From a virus, in IMG/VR virus record IMGVR_UViG_3300020411_000003: a stretch of DNA of 64,000 nucleotides. One strand, 5' to 3'. This document shows, in pieces, positions 19,401 through 34,400 of the stretch (position 1 is its first letter; each line of letters opens with the position of its first letter). The notes beneath the pieces were generated by a model. It did no database searches. It was not told where the DNA came from and saw nothing but the letters and a program-made list of their open reading frames with translations. The translations under genes were made by a program, and so were the position numbers.

Positions 19401-22400
19401 ATGAACTGTAGTTGCAAGAGGTGCAAAATCTAATGTTCCTTCGAATAGACTTGGGAAGAACTCAATCGTTCCTGTAGTAATAGTAGTTCTAACCTGTGCA
19501 GTATTAGTTCCACCACCACCATTGATCTCGATGTCTTCTTCAAACTTAGCATCACCAGTGAATCTAGACTCACCATCAACAACTAATGCTCTATCTAATT
19601 CAGTGTTAGTTACATTGATACCAACACGTCCACCATTAGCAGTAGAAACTCTAAAGGTTGACTCATTTTCTGGTGTAGCACTGTCGCCACCAACCATGAA
19701 CGCATCAGTACGATCCTGATATGTTCTGGTAGCATCAGTTGCATGTGATGCATAATCAGTGATCTTCTTACCACTGATGAATGCAGTACCAACAACATCT
19801 AAGTTAGCACGTGGTGTTGTCTTAGCATCAACGAAGTTCTTCTCGAAGGATGCCTTATCAGATCTACCAACTGTGTTAACACCAAGTTTGTAATCACCAA
19901 TAGTATCAGACTCTGTTCTAAGTGCTTCAGCACCAATAACACCCCACTCTTTCCAGTTGGAGTTAGAGTACTCAAGTCTAATATTAGGATTGTTAACAAC
20001 CTCATCAGACCACATTCTTGGGTTCTGATTGTTAACACTATTCTTGGTTGCACCGATAGCAATTTGTAATGTATCAGAAGCAGGATTAAATCCATTTGAT
20101 ATAACCTGCCATGTACCATTGAAATCACTATCAGAGAATCCTGTGATCTTAATCTCAGAGGATGATGTGATACCAAGTTGTGTGTTAGTTAGTGAAACCC
20201 ACTTGATTGTAATAACGTTGGTGTTGTTGAATGCAAATGATTCAGGAACAGCGTTACCAATTAATGTGTAGTAGTTAGAGTAGATCCAACCAAGTGATCC
20301 AGTCTTACCAATACTCTCACCCTTAAGTAAGAAGTCACCAGAGGTAGGAGCACCAGCATTACCATACTGAACAATTTGTGATGCACCAAATGCACCAGTC
20401 TGATCAGGAGTAATATTAGAAGGTACAGCACCTACAACATGTGTCTGAATCTTATATGCTTGACCATCTCTGCGACTATTGAACTGGAAAATTGCTGCGG
20501 AAATTTTATTCCTAGCAATGACAATATCACCACCAGTTTCGACATTTCTGACGAATGCTGATCTATCAAGAGAACCATCATCAATAGCAGGATCAACGAA
20601 GGAAGAAACTACCAACGCAGGGTTGTTTCTAACAGTTCCAAGAACATTAATTAGAACAGGTGAGTTGAATGTACTTCTCTTATCCTGAGCCTCACCACCA
20701 TTAACAGTGATGTACTCATTAAATGTAACAGGAGTATCAAACGTAGTAACTAGATTGCCTAGTGTCTCGTCATCATCAGCAGAATCCTGAAGTGTTGCAG
20801 ACTCAAGGAATACTTCTTCACCAGTGATAGCATCAATCTTACGGTTACCAATGTATAGGTCACCATTTGAGTTAAGACCAGTGTAGAATACTAAACCACC
20901 ATCTTGCTTCTTAGACTGTGCATAGAAATCTTGTATCTCTGTGAGTACAACTTCTTGACGTTGAGGTAGACCAGTTGAGTAGTTACCTGGACCAAAACCG
21001 AGATATTCAAATGTGTGGTTACCTGCTCTTGCGATAGATGGTCGTCTAAGTTCAACGTAGTATCGTTGATCTGTTTGGACTGTACTATCACCAGCGATAG
21101 GAATTAATCTATCTTCTGATCCAGAAGCAGCGTTACCCTTCTGTGCTCTAATTCTATTATCAACGGAGGCTGATACTTGTGTATAAGTATTAGTTCCAAA
21201 TGCATTGTTCTTAACCAGATCAATGACACTCTCTTGAGTTAGTGAACCCTTGAAGTCATTAACTCTTACAAGACCGTGAACATAGTTATCAGCAGCAGAA
21301 TATGTCTGAGGTGGATCAACTAATGTTGCATCCAACTGCTGATACCAGAGAGGATCGTTCTTATAGTTTAATGGATATAGTTTGCTGATAGGCTGAGAGA
21401 ACTTGAAGTTCTTGAAGTTACCTAAGTTACCAGCACCTTGAGGCATTGGTGAAATATTACCACGAACAGCAGTTAGATAGTAGATACCATCTTGCTGACC
21501 ATAGATACGTTTCTGAATCTCCTGTGTATTGAAGATGTAGAATGTGTCATCAATCTGACCAACATCTTCTACTGACTCAACATAGTATTGGATACTTGCA
21601 TCGTCTTCAATAATATCACCAGGTGTGATAGTATATACAGCAGCACCATTCTGTCTGTAATAGTATTCAGGATAACCTTTCTTGATAAGATCCTTAAGTA
21701 CCAATGACTTACCCATGTCAGCATCAGCAAGTAGATCTGCGAATGCAGTACCCTGACTGAATCTGATATTATCAATAGAATCATAATCAATCTTACCAAC
21801 TGTATCCTTAAGGATCATGTGCCATGTAGTAGTACCAGGTACTTGCATGATGGCATGTAGATAACCATAACCACTAGAGTTACCAGCCCACTCGATTCTG
21901 TTACCTGCTACAGATTGTGTCTTGTTCGCAACGAATGCTCCACCTTGAGGTGCAGTAATCTTAACAGTAGTAAACTTAGTGTTTGCTAGTGCAGTGTTAG
22001 TAACACCCTGTTCAAATACAGTTAGTTCTAGATAATCATCAGCACCCTGAGTAACATATCTACCAGACTGAATCGTCATTGAGATATAGTTCTGAGTTGT
22101 GATAGTCTTAGCAAACTGTGTATTACCTACAAGATCTTTCTTGTATGGATCGTATGCTACTTCTTCATTAAGACTGAAGTTAATGAAGTCTTCCTTAGTG
22201 TAACCAATGTACTCGTTAGACTGTACTGGGTTAGAGAAACGTGCTTTAGTTACGTTACCAGATACAGGTTTCAGTAATAGTTTCTGAGGTACTAACCTTC
22301 TTGTTTCGTCAGTCCTTGTCTTAATAGTAAATCCGTTGAGTGGATCACGAACAGACTGTAAGTACTGAGGAATAACATAACGTAAACGATATAATCTATC

Positions 22401-25400
22401 ATCAGCAGGTCTCTCATCCTTAATTCTTTCGAACCAAGAATCATTTGTCTTATCAATACCATCAGCATACTCTCTAAGTCTCTTGATGATTTGATCTGTG
22501 CTGTTGTCATTCTCAACCTGTAAGTACCACTTACCATATATTACTGGGCTAGTGTTAGGATTAACGAAGGTAGGATCAAAGCGCATAGGAGACTCACGCT
22601 TGTTCGCAAAGACGTTGAAGTCATAAATGCCTGGTTGATATGTAATTGGGTTAACACCCTGTTCTGCATCACTCTTAGTCTTGTGAATAGTAAAGACTTT
22701 CTCTGTCTGATACCTAGCATAGAAGAACTTGTTGTTTAACAGTCTTCCATTAACATCTGCGACAGTAGTGTCACTAGCATATGCTGCACCAACTAAAGGT
22801 AGAGAACCACCTTCTCTCTTTCTAAAGAATACAGTGTGTCCTGTAATATTAGAGAATGGAACATCAAAGATGTGTGGAACATCTGTACGGATGTTAGTAT
22901 TACTTACACCATCAAGTACACAAGCATATTGATGTAGATCATAGTTATCATCCAATGTGAATTGATAAAGATCAATCTCTACATCTGGATGGATATCTTC
23001 TACTTCAGCAGAATGTAAGTAGATACCAGCAGCAGCATTTTCTTTGCTGCTTGCAAGCATGATCTTAGTTTGATCAGTACCATTAAATGTAGCAGAAATA
23101 CCATAGTTCTCAGGCTTGGTAGTTCTTGCAGGAGCAATTACATAATACTCTTGGTTAGTATTAAATCCATTAGGAAGTCTTACGAAACGCTTATCAACTT
23201 CAACATATGACTGTGTAACTGTATCATATCTTGGACGTGGAACCAATCTAACTGGTGTACCTGTCTCAAGATCATGTGGGTTAGCAACATTACCTTGTCC
23301 TAATGTCCAGACTGTTGCTCTAGATGAGAGTGCAGTAGACAACTGTGAAGGTTCACTACGTGGTACAGTTCCTAAACCAGTTTGAATAACTGTGCTAATA
23401 TTAGAGAAGTACTGACGTATAGCATTTGCTTGGTCAACACACTGAGGATATGTTGTATTCTGTGTGATAGTATCATCAACTGTTCTAGTAAGAGTTGTGT
23501 ATACACCATCAATGAATTCGAAGTACAAGTAAGAGTTAGTACTTGTAGCGTTAGCATTGATAGAAGGACCAAACTCTAGACCAAGAGGAACAGGGTTTCT
23601 CTCTACAGTATCAAGATAAGAAGCAGAGTTAATAGTTCCAGTGATTATCTGGAAGAGAGTTGTGATTGTAGATGCAACCTGTTGACAAGCACCATTAGAA
23701 ATAGTTCTTGGTACACCATCAAGACTTGTTGGTGTTTCAACTGTGTCAATAACAATCTTGAATAGTGAGTTAAGTGTTGATCTTACATCTTCACAAGATC
23801 CAACAGAAGGAGTTCTTGTAACACCACCAACTACTATTTTTTCTGCTGCACTGACGAAGGTATGAACTGACGTATCAGATGATACACCAACATTAACCGT
23901 GATTGAGGTAGCAGTAGTGCCAGTAATGGTAGGATCATTTAAAGAAGCGGGGTCTGTTGAACGTGGATATGTATGGTTAGTAGCATTATTATCTCTAGCA
24001 CATGTAAATGTGAGAGAATTATCAGGAATATAAACACTGGTTCCAGCACTGTAACTATGAGCACCGATCTCAAGTGTTAAAGCACCAGTAGCAGGATCAT
24101 AAGATGATGTAGATACTGTATGCTTCTTACCAGATAATGTACTAGGATCTGCAATAGCATCAGTTACAATCTTAGCAAGAGTACCAACAGCAGATCTCAT
24201 GTCCTCACAAGGACCATTAGAATCTGTACGTGTTACACCTTGAAGTGATGCAGGACTCTGGATTGTACCTGTTAAGATAGAAACCAAAGTATCAATAGCA
24301 CTGAGTACAACGTTGCAGTCTCCGTTACTTACACCATCAGTGATGGTAGTATCTTTAACCTGAGCTAATGATGTGTGACCACCAACAGTAACATCTACGT
24401 TAGTAGCAATCTCTTTGATGATGTCACGTACTGCATTGAATGCAAAGATAGTTTCATTCTCAGATCCTGAAGCATGAGCACCAGCAACATAAAGGTTAGC
24501 AGCATCCCATACTCTATGGTTACCACCATAACCTGTGTTATGTGCAACAACCTTAACTACATCCTTAAGATCATCTAAGCAATCAGTAGAACTATAACCA
24601 GACTGCCATGTGTAAGAAGGATACTGAGCGATCATTCTACCCAATGCAATCTCTGCTGCAAACTCAACGTTAGCTAAGATTAGATCTTTAGCATCAGCAT
24701 GTCTGTTGCTTACATGAGCAGCTACGTTAGCAGTTATAGAAGTGTCCCTAACTTGAGTACGACCATGAGAACCAAGTGTTACAATGTTCTCATTCCTAGC
24801 GATTTGAATCATCAAATCACGTGCATGATTAAGTGCATCAATAGTTTGTTGCTCTTCACCAGCAACCTCTTGAACCATACCCTGAACATAGAGATCAGTC
24901 ATCTCCCAAACTCTATCGTTACCACCGTATGCTAGGTTGTATGAGACTTCTTCAACAAAGTCTACGATATCGTCTTTACAATCTTGTGGGTTACCTGTTG
25001 GAGGAACAAAACCAGGATAGTTAACCAACATCCTCTCATATGCCTCATCCGCAATGAGTAGTTTGTTAGCAACAACTAGGTTACGTGCATCACCAAATCT
25101 ATCTGTTGGGGGATCAGGTTCGTTGTAAGTAATACTCTTATCGAATACCTGAGATAAACCATGATGTCCAGTAACAAGGATCTTCTGGTTTCTAAGTGCT
25201 TGAGCAGCCATCTCACGTGCTTGCTCAAATACATAATTGGTTTCTTCTTCCTCACCAGCAACATGAGCACCAGTCTTGTATGAGTATGCAGCATCCCATG
25301 TCTTATCATTACCACCATAGGCAATGTTATCAGCAACTGCTTCAAGTAGATCAACAACATCATCAATACAATCTTGATTATGATACTGTTGGTTACCAGC

Positions 25401-28400
25401 AACTGTGAATACTTTATGAATGGAATTAGTTACTGCACTAACAAACTTATGGAAGTATGCACCACCAGTTTGAACAGCACCAGCAGATGCAGTAGTGAAC
25501 AGATGTGGATACTGATCAGCAAGAGCAGCAGCACCAACATTAACTGTGAATGTTCCTGACTCTCTTTCAATATTATTAGCAACTGCTCTTACAAATGTAT
25601 GGTTAGCAGTAGGATAATGCTTGATAGAATTAGCAACAGCACTTACAAATGTGTGAGGTGACTGTGGTTCAAAATGTACAGCATTAGTAGTTGAACTTAC
25701 AAATGTATGAGTGTATCTCTGGTTGTAGATAACAGCATTAGTATTTGCAGATACAAATGTATGATCATATTGATCAGCAGTAGCAGCAAAGTTAACATTA
25801 ACTGTAATAGTTGTAGCAGTAGCGTCCTTAATTTCTAGATCGCTATTGTATGCTGGATCTGTAACTCTAGGATATGTGTGGTTAGTAGCATTGTTGTCCT
25901 TAGTACATGTAAATGTCAAGGAATCAGTTGCTAGTCTAATCTTCTCACCGTTCTGTAGATCATGTACACCGATATCAAGAACAAGATCACCATTAGATGC
26001 ATTGTAAGAAGCAGAAGTAGGTGTATAGTTAGTTAAAGGAGATGCACCAATGTTAACTGTAATAGTTCCATTCTGTCTCTTGATGCCATTAGCAACAGCA
26101 GATACAAATGTATGATTAGTAGTATCACTAGAGATACCTACGTTAACATCGAATGCATTTGTTGTTACGTTCTGGATCTTCAACCAACGTCCACTTGGGT
26201 AGTCAAATCCTGCACGGGGATAATTTTTGGAACTTACGTTACCATCAAGGTCACATGTCATGACAAGTGAACCATCAACTATCTGGATATAATCTCCATG
26301 AGAGAATCCATGATTATTAACAGTCAATGAAAGAACACCTGTCTCTGGAATATATGATGCACCAGCAGCACTGTGGAGTGTAGCACCTACCTCATTAATA
26401 GTGATAGATTTCTCACCTGCATATGGATCAATTCCTGGACGTGGGTAACTATGGTTAGAAGTATTGTTGTCCTTAGAACATGTAAAGGTTAATGAATTAT
26501 CTTTAAGGATAATGTTTGCACCTTCACGAAGACCATGCTGACCAATAGTAAGAATCATGTCACCAGTGGTTGAGTTATAATCAGCAGCACTTGGAGTCCA
26601 TGTCTGGTTATCTCCAGCTCCACCAACATTAACTGTAATAGTGTTAGAAGTTCTTCCAACAATATTCAATGATCTTGAAGAAGCCCAGTCACTACCAGTC
26701 TGACGTGTAATTGCATCAGCAACACCACTCACAAATGTATGTACATCTGTGTTAGTAGAAGGTAGACCAGCAAGACACTGGAATTCAAATGTAGTTGCAC
26801 TTACGTTAGAAACTTTAATCCACTGACCACTTACAGGATCACTAGGACGTGGGTATGATTTCTCAGCAATAGAACCAGTAGCACCGTTGAATCCACAACT
26901 GAATGTTAATGCACCATCGGCAATCTTAACAAAGTCACCATCTAATAATCCATGCTCAGTTGTAGTTGTAATAGAAACAATACCTGTTGTAGGATTATAT
27001 GTTGTACCAGTTGTAGCAGTAAGAGATTTAGATGCTGGACGTGGATATACTTTATTGGATTGTTCACCATCCATCTGACACTTGAATGTCAGTGAGTTGT
27101 CATCGATAGTAATACCATCACCAACAGCGAGAGAGTGAGAACCAATTGTTAAAGTAAGATCTCCACTAGCAGGGTCATAGTTTGCACCTGTTGGTGTGAA
27201 CTTATTCTCTGTAATATCAGCAACAACAGCACCGTAGTCAGCAGATATAAATGTGTGAGTATAGTTACCACCACTTGTTACAGAATCAGCAAGACCAGAA
27301 ACAAATAGATGTTGTGTAGTGTCAGAAGACTTACCAACATCAAGTGTAATTGAATCAGCAGTAACAGCAGTAACATTTACAGGAGAATCATATGACTTAT
27401 CTCTCTTCTGAGTAACCGCACCAGCAACAGCAGATACAAATGTATGTGCAGTGGTGTTAGTAGATGGAGCAAAGTCTAATACTTGAATATCAAATGTGTC
27501 TATGGTTACAGCAAGAACCTTAACCCACTTGTTACTGATAGGATCAGTAGCACGAGGATATGTGTGGTTAGTACCATCGTTATCTTGAGCACATGTAAAG
27601 GTTAGAGAATTATCTGCTACCTTAACCCAATCTCCTTGCTTGATACCATGACCACTATTGGTTAATGTAAGAACACCTGTTGAAGGATCATAACTTGCAT
27701 CAGATATATTATGTGAATCAATAGTTGATCTTGGATATGCATGATTGGTAGCATTATTATCCTGAGCACATGTGAATGTGACAGCACCATCAGCAAGTTT
27801 AACAGAATCACCAACACTAATATTATGATTACCAATAATTAATGTCATCAAACCAGTTACGGGATCGAATGATGCACCCGTTGGAGTATGAGTAACTAGA
27901 GGTGATGCACCAACATTAATAACAATTTCATCACCAGAAACTGAATTTACTATTGTAGGTGTATTGTAGATAGGATCAGTTTGTCTAGGATATGACTTAA
28001 TCTCTGAAGTATCACCCATTGTGCAACGGAACTTCAATGAGTCCTGTGCTATAGTAATATTCTTACCAATAGGAATATTATGGTTAGGGATTGTTAGGAT
28101 TAAGTTACCACTTGCAGGTTGATAATCTACACCAGTTGGTGTGTAAGATTGAGAAGCACCTGCCTGACCAACATTAACCTTGAATGAATCTGAGGTTGAA
28201 CCATAAATTGATAACCACTTACCATTGCTAGGATCCTTAAGTCTTGGATAAGCATGCTCAGTAGCATTATTATCCATGTCACATGTAAATGTGAGAGATC
28301 CATCAGCAATCTTAATTCTGTCACCATCAGTGAATCCATGACCAGCAACTACCAGTGTTAATTCACCTGTTGCAGGATCATAAGAAGCATTAGTTGAACT

Positions 28401-31400
28401 ATGATAGGTAGAACCAACATCCTTAACAACTAGAGAACTAGTACCAGCAGGATCAGTAGGTCTAGGATATGCATGTTCTGTTGCATTGTTATCCTTATTA
28501 CAGGTAAACTTAATAGAATTACCAATAATCTTAACGTCTTGACCTGGCTCTAAATTATGCTGACCAACTGTTAATGTAAGATCACCAGTTGAAGGATTAT
28601 ATGCTGCATCACTTACATCAAGATTACCTTGAGATGTCTTACCAATATTAACAGTAATTTGATTAGTAGATGCTGCTAAGACTGGTAGATCCTCTTGGTA
28701 TGCAGGGTCACTGATACGTGGATATGCATGAGAACTACCATGATTATCCATATCACAGGTAAATGTCAAAGCACCATAATCAATTCTTATACGATCATTA
28801 GCTTTCTTGATACCATTAGGATTAGCATCAATGAATGAATGAGTGTAGTTACCGCCAGTTGTAATTGCATTAGGTATAGCACTGACGAATGTATGTGCAG
28901 TTGTATTAGATGATGTACCAACATCTAAGGTTACTGTGTCATTGTATCTTGTTAATCCATTGGCAACAGCACCAACAAATGTATGTGCATAGTTACCACC
29001 AGAAATTAGAGCACCACTTGTAGCAGATACAAATGTGTGTAGATAATTACCACCAGTCTTAACAGCACCTGCATCAGCAGACTTGAATGTGTGGACGTAT
29101 CCACCACCAGACTTAACAGCACCTGCTAGTGCAGATACGAAAGTATGTACATCTGTAGTCTTGCTTGAAGGTCCAACATTAATTGTGATAGTGTCAGCAG
29201 TAACACCAGTGATTTCTATTGCTTGATCATATGATCTGTCAACCTTAGAAGTAATACCGTTGGTGCTACCAGTTACGAACAAGTGAGCAGTGGTATTAGT
29301 AGAAGGAATAACATCCAATACTTGTACTTCAAATGTAGTTGAAGTTACATTAGAAACCTTCAACCACTTACTACTTACTGGATCAGTTACACGAGGATAT
29401 GTGTGCTGAGTAGCATTATTATCCTCCATACATGTGAAGGTAAATGCACCAGTAGCAAACTGAACATAGTCACCGTTCTTGATGTTATGAGCAGCAGTTG
29501 TTACACTTAATATACCTGTAGCTGGATCATATGTTGTACCAGCAGCAGCTGTATGTGTTTCAGTAGCAGATCTAGGATAAGACTTAGCACTTTGACTACC
29601 AACAGAGAATCCAACGAATACTGTCATTGTTGTACCAGTGACAGAATCTAGACCCAATGTTTCATTACGGAATGGGTCAGTAGCACGTGGATATGTGTGT
29701 TGTGTAGCATTATTGTCAGCATCACAAGTGAATGTCAATGCATCCTGTGCAAATGTAATTGTACTATTTGCTTTCTTAAGACCACTAGCAGTAGCTGATA
29801 CAAATGTGTGTGCATAGTTTCCACCAGATGTAACACAATTAGCGGTTGCAGAAACAAATGTATGTGCTGTAGTATTAGTAGATGGGATTGTACTCAATAC
29901 CTGAACACTAATTGTTGTAGCAGTTACATCTGTAATAGCAAATGCTTTATCAGAGAATGGATCAGTTGCACGTGGATATGTATGAGTTGTTGCGTGATTA
30001 TCTTCAGCACAAGTGAATGTTAGAGAGTTATCAGCAATCTTAACAGCAGTACCAACAGTCAGACTATGAGCACCAATGGTAAGTTCCATTATACCAGTGG
30101 TAGGATCATAATTTGCACCTGTAGGTGTATGCTGTATTAATGGAGATGAACCAACATCAACTGAGAATGAATCTTGAGTTACATTAGAAATTTGTAACCA
30201 CTTACCGAATGTAGGATCAGATCTGCGTGGGTATGTCTTAGTAGAAACATTACCGTCCATAGCACAGTTAAGTGATATAGAACCTTCAGCAAATTTAACT
30301 CTATCACCATTACTAAATCCATGATTAGCAATAGTAACAACCATAGCACCAGTTGCAGCATTATATGTTGCGTCTGTTACTGTATGTGTAGAAGCAGCAT
30401 TTAAAGAGTGTGCTCCAACTTCAAGAACCAATTCACCTGTTATAGGATCGTAAGTTGTTCCAGAAGCTGCTGTCCAATTATTGCCACCACCATCGGTGAT
30501 ACCATTATTAGCACCAGTGATAAAGGTGTGTGGAACATTACCATATGTACAACTGAATGTTACACCACCATCAGCAATCTTGATTGACTCACCAACAGTT
30601 AGACTGTGGTTTCCAATCTTCAATGTCATCTCACCTGTTGCAGGGTCGTATGAACCATCATCAACATTGTGACTTACTATTGGAGATTGACCAACATCAA
30701 TAGTAATAGTTGTAGCTGTTACTGCTGTAATCTCAATAGAAGTATCATGTACAGGATCAGTTGAACGAGGATAAGACTTGACACTATAGTTTCCATCCAT
30801 CTCACAAGTAAACTTGAGAGCATCATCATCGATCTTGATACTTGTGCCAGCAGTTAAACTGTGACTACCTATAGTTAATTCCATCAATCCTGTGTTAGGA
30901 TCATAGGTAGCATTAGTTGGTGTAAATTCTACAATAGGAGACTTACCAACATTAACTGTAATATCACCACCTCTCTTAGAGATAGCGTGACTAGTTGCTC
31001 TCTTAAATGTATGAGCAGACTGTGGTAAATTCTTAATTGAATTTGTTAATGCAGATACGAATGTATGTGCTGACTGAGGCTTATATTCAACAGCATCGGT
31101 AAGAGCAGATACAAATGTGTGAGCATATCTGTTAGCAGGATCAGCATCAAAACCAACATTAATTGTTAATGTTCCGTCTTGCTTTAAGATACCGTTAGCA
31201 GAAGCAGAAACAAATGTGTGTACTGAGTTATCAGTAGAAGAACCAACATTAATTGTAAATGTATCAGTGGTTGCTGATAGAATAGGAACCCATCTGTTGC
31301 TTAGTGAATCAAAGTTAGTACGTGGATATGTTTTCTGACTTACATTACCATCAAGATCACATGTCAATGTAATAGAGTTATCTGCTACCTGAATGTAATC

Positions 31401-34400
31401 TCCTGGTGAGAATCCATGACTAGCAACAGTAACAACCATAGCACCAGTTGAAGGTGTGTAGTCAACATTAGTTGCTGTATGTTGTGTAGAACCAACTGCT
31501 GTAACAGCGATTGACTTACCAGCAAAAGGATCAGTACCAGGACGAGGATATGAATGCTGAGTAGCACCACCATCCTTATCACAAGTAAATGCTAATGAGT
31601 TATCTTTTAATACAATGTCAGTACCAACACGTAATCCATGTTGACCAACAGTAAGAACCATGTCACCATTGTTCTCATTATATGTTGCACCAGTAGGAGT
31701 TAGGAACTTATTAGAACCAGCAGCACCTACATTAAGTGTAAACTTACCTGTATCAATTGCTGTAATTGGAAGAGATCTTCCAGAAGCTTTATCTAAGTTT
31801 GCACGTGGATATGACTGAGCAACTTGGTTGCCATCCATTGTACATGTAAATGATAGAGCACCGTCATCCATGACGATTCCATCACCAACAGATAAATTAT
31901 GAGGACCAACAGTAAGTTCTAAGTCACCTGTTGCAGGATCATAAGAAGCATTAGTTGGAGTAAATTCTACGTTAGAACCAGCATCTGCAATCTGAACTTT
32001 GAATGTATTTTGTGCTACATCATAAACAGGTAACCAATCACCAGAATAAGGATCAGTTGCACGTGGATACTTATGCTCGGAAGCATTGTTATCCATACCA
32101 CATGTGAATGTCAAAGATTCCTTAGCAATCTTAATAAGTTCACCATTTGCTATTCCATGATTAGGAACAGTAAATTCAAGTACACCTGTAGATGGATTAT
32201 AGTTAGCGTTAGAGATATCAAAGTCACCACCAACACCAATAACTTCTAGTCCAGTATTATATGCAGGATCAGTTACACGAGGATAAGTATGGTTAGAACT
32301 ATTTCCATCCATACCACATGTAAATGTTAATGCATCAGTAGCAAATCTGATATTCTCACCAACATCAATGTCATGATTTCCATCAACACTAACTGTTAAC
32401 TGACCACTTGCAGGATCATAGTTAGCATTAGTAATATCATATGTTACTGCACCAGTAGTTCCAACATGTGCTTCAAAAGTATTATTGGTTGTGTTTGTAA
32501 TAGTAACCCACTTACCACTGATAGGATCACTCTTACGTGGATATGAATGCTCAGTAGCATTAGCATCCATTGCACAAGTAAAGATTAGAGAATCATCATC
32601 AAGTCTAATCTTATCTCCATCAGAGAATCCATGATTAGCAAGAGTAAATTCTATTGTACCTTTGTCAGGATTATATCCAGCACCAGTAACTGTATGCTTA
32701 GAACCATCTGCTACAATCTTAACAGAACTTTGATATGCTGGATCAGTAGAACGAGGATATACATGCTGTGTAGCATGATTATCTTGAGCACATGTAAATG
32801 TAAATGCAGAGTCTTCAACTCTTACATTCTGACCTTCACTTAACTGATGGTTTGGAATAGTTACAGTCAACAAACCAGTAGCAGGAGCAAATGAAGCAGC
32901 AGTTACATCATGTCCAACTAATAAAGACTTACCTACATCAACACTGAATGTATTTGTATCTGCCTCAACAACCTCAATCCACTTATCACTAATAGGATCT
33001 GTAGAACGTGGGTATGTATGAACAGAAGCATTTCCATCCATTGAACATGTCAATGTTAATGAATCATCTTCAATCTTAATCTTACTACCAGCAGCTAAAC
33101 CATGAGCATTAGATGTAATAGTTAACCAACCAGTTTCAGGATTATAAGTTGCATCTGAAGCAGTGATTGAAGTAGGACCAATTAGACCATGACTAGCAAT
33201 GTCAAGAGTCAAATCACCTGTTGCTGGATCATACTCAGCATCAGATGGTGTATACTCAGCAGTAGAAGAACGAATCAACATTCTCTCTACAGATTCAGCA
33301 GCAATCAGTTGCTTGTTAGCAAGAATCAAATTACGTGCATCACCATTTCTGTCATTAACCACTTCAGGTGGTTCATAAGTGACAGTATTATCATATGTTT
33401 GAGTTAGACCATGACTACCAAACACAAATGCTTGCTCGTTACGCATGATCTGGATAGACATATCCCTTGCATATTCAATAGCACGGATAGTCTCATTTTT
33501 CTTCTGTGAAATATACTGAACTGCACCACTATCATAGTGATAAGCAGCATCCCATACTTCATCGTTACCACCATAAGCAGTGTTCTCAGCAATTGCTTCA
33601 ACGATGTCAACTAAGTCATCTCTACAATCCTGTGGACCATATCCTTGAGGTGAAGTGTAGGATGGATAATCCAACACCATTCTGTCAAATGCTTCAGCAG
33701 CAATGAATAATTTGTTTGAAAGTAATAGGTTTCTAGCATCACCATTACGATCAGAGATTACCTTCTTCGTAGAGAAAGTTGCTTTTTGTCCAAGTTCGAT
33801 CTCTGTTGATGAGACAACTCTCTTAACGTATGTGTTATCTGGAATAACAGGAGATGCAGGACGTGTAGCACCAGTATTAAGTTTATTATCTGTAAACTCA
33901 CTAGGATCATAGTCAGCAACTGTCATACCCTGTACAACACCACTGGTATCACCAATATCAACAATGGCAGATCCACCAGTAGTTTCTACACCAGTACGTA
34001 AGTATGAGAAATTACGTATAGATGCAATAGCAAGATCTCTAGCGTAGTCGTAACCCTCTAGAGTTTCAGTAAGTTCTGATGTAATATATGATAAGTTATT
34101 ACCAACATAATATGATTCAGCAGCCTGAATAGTATTAATGTTACCACCAAGTCTTAAATCTTGAATAGTAGCATCAAGTAGATATCCAATGTCACGACGA
34201 CACTTAACAATATCAATACCTTCTCTGTCTAAGAGGTATGGATACTTATTAGTAATGAATCCGTATGCCTCGTAAGCAATAAATTCTTTATTTGCTTCGA
34301 TAAGGTCAGCAGCATCAAGATCCTTATTATTAATTGTAATTCCAGTAGGATTAAGAATACTTGCAGTTGCATTGAATTTCTTAAATCCATTAGGAGATAA

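Noticed and set aside
25400-33260. Possible CRISPR array or DGR-like repeat
   Set aside because: Repeats are degenerate at the DNA level and conserved only as protein; there are no identical repeats with spacers and no reverse transcriptase
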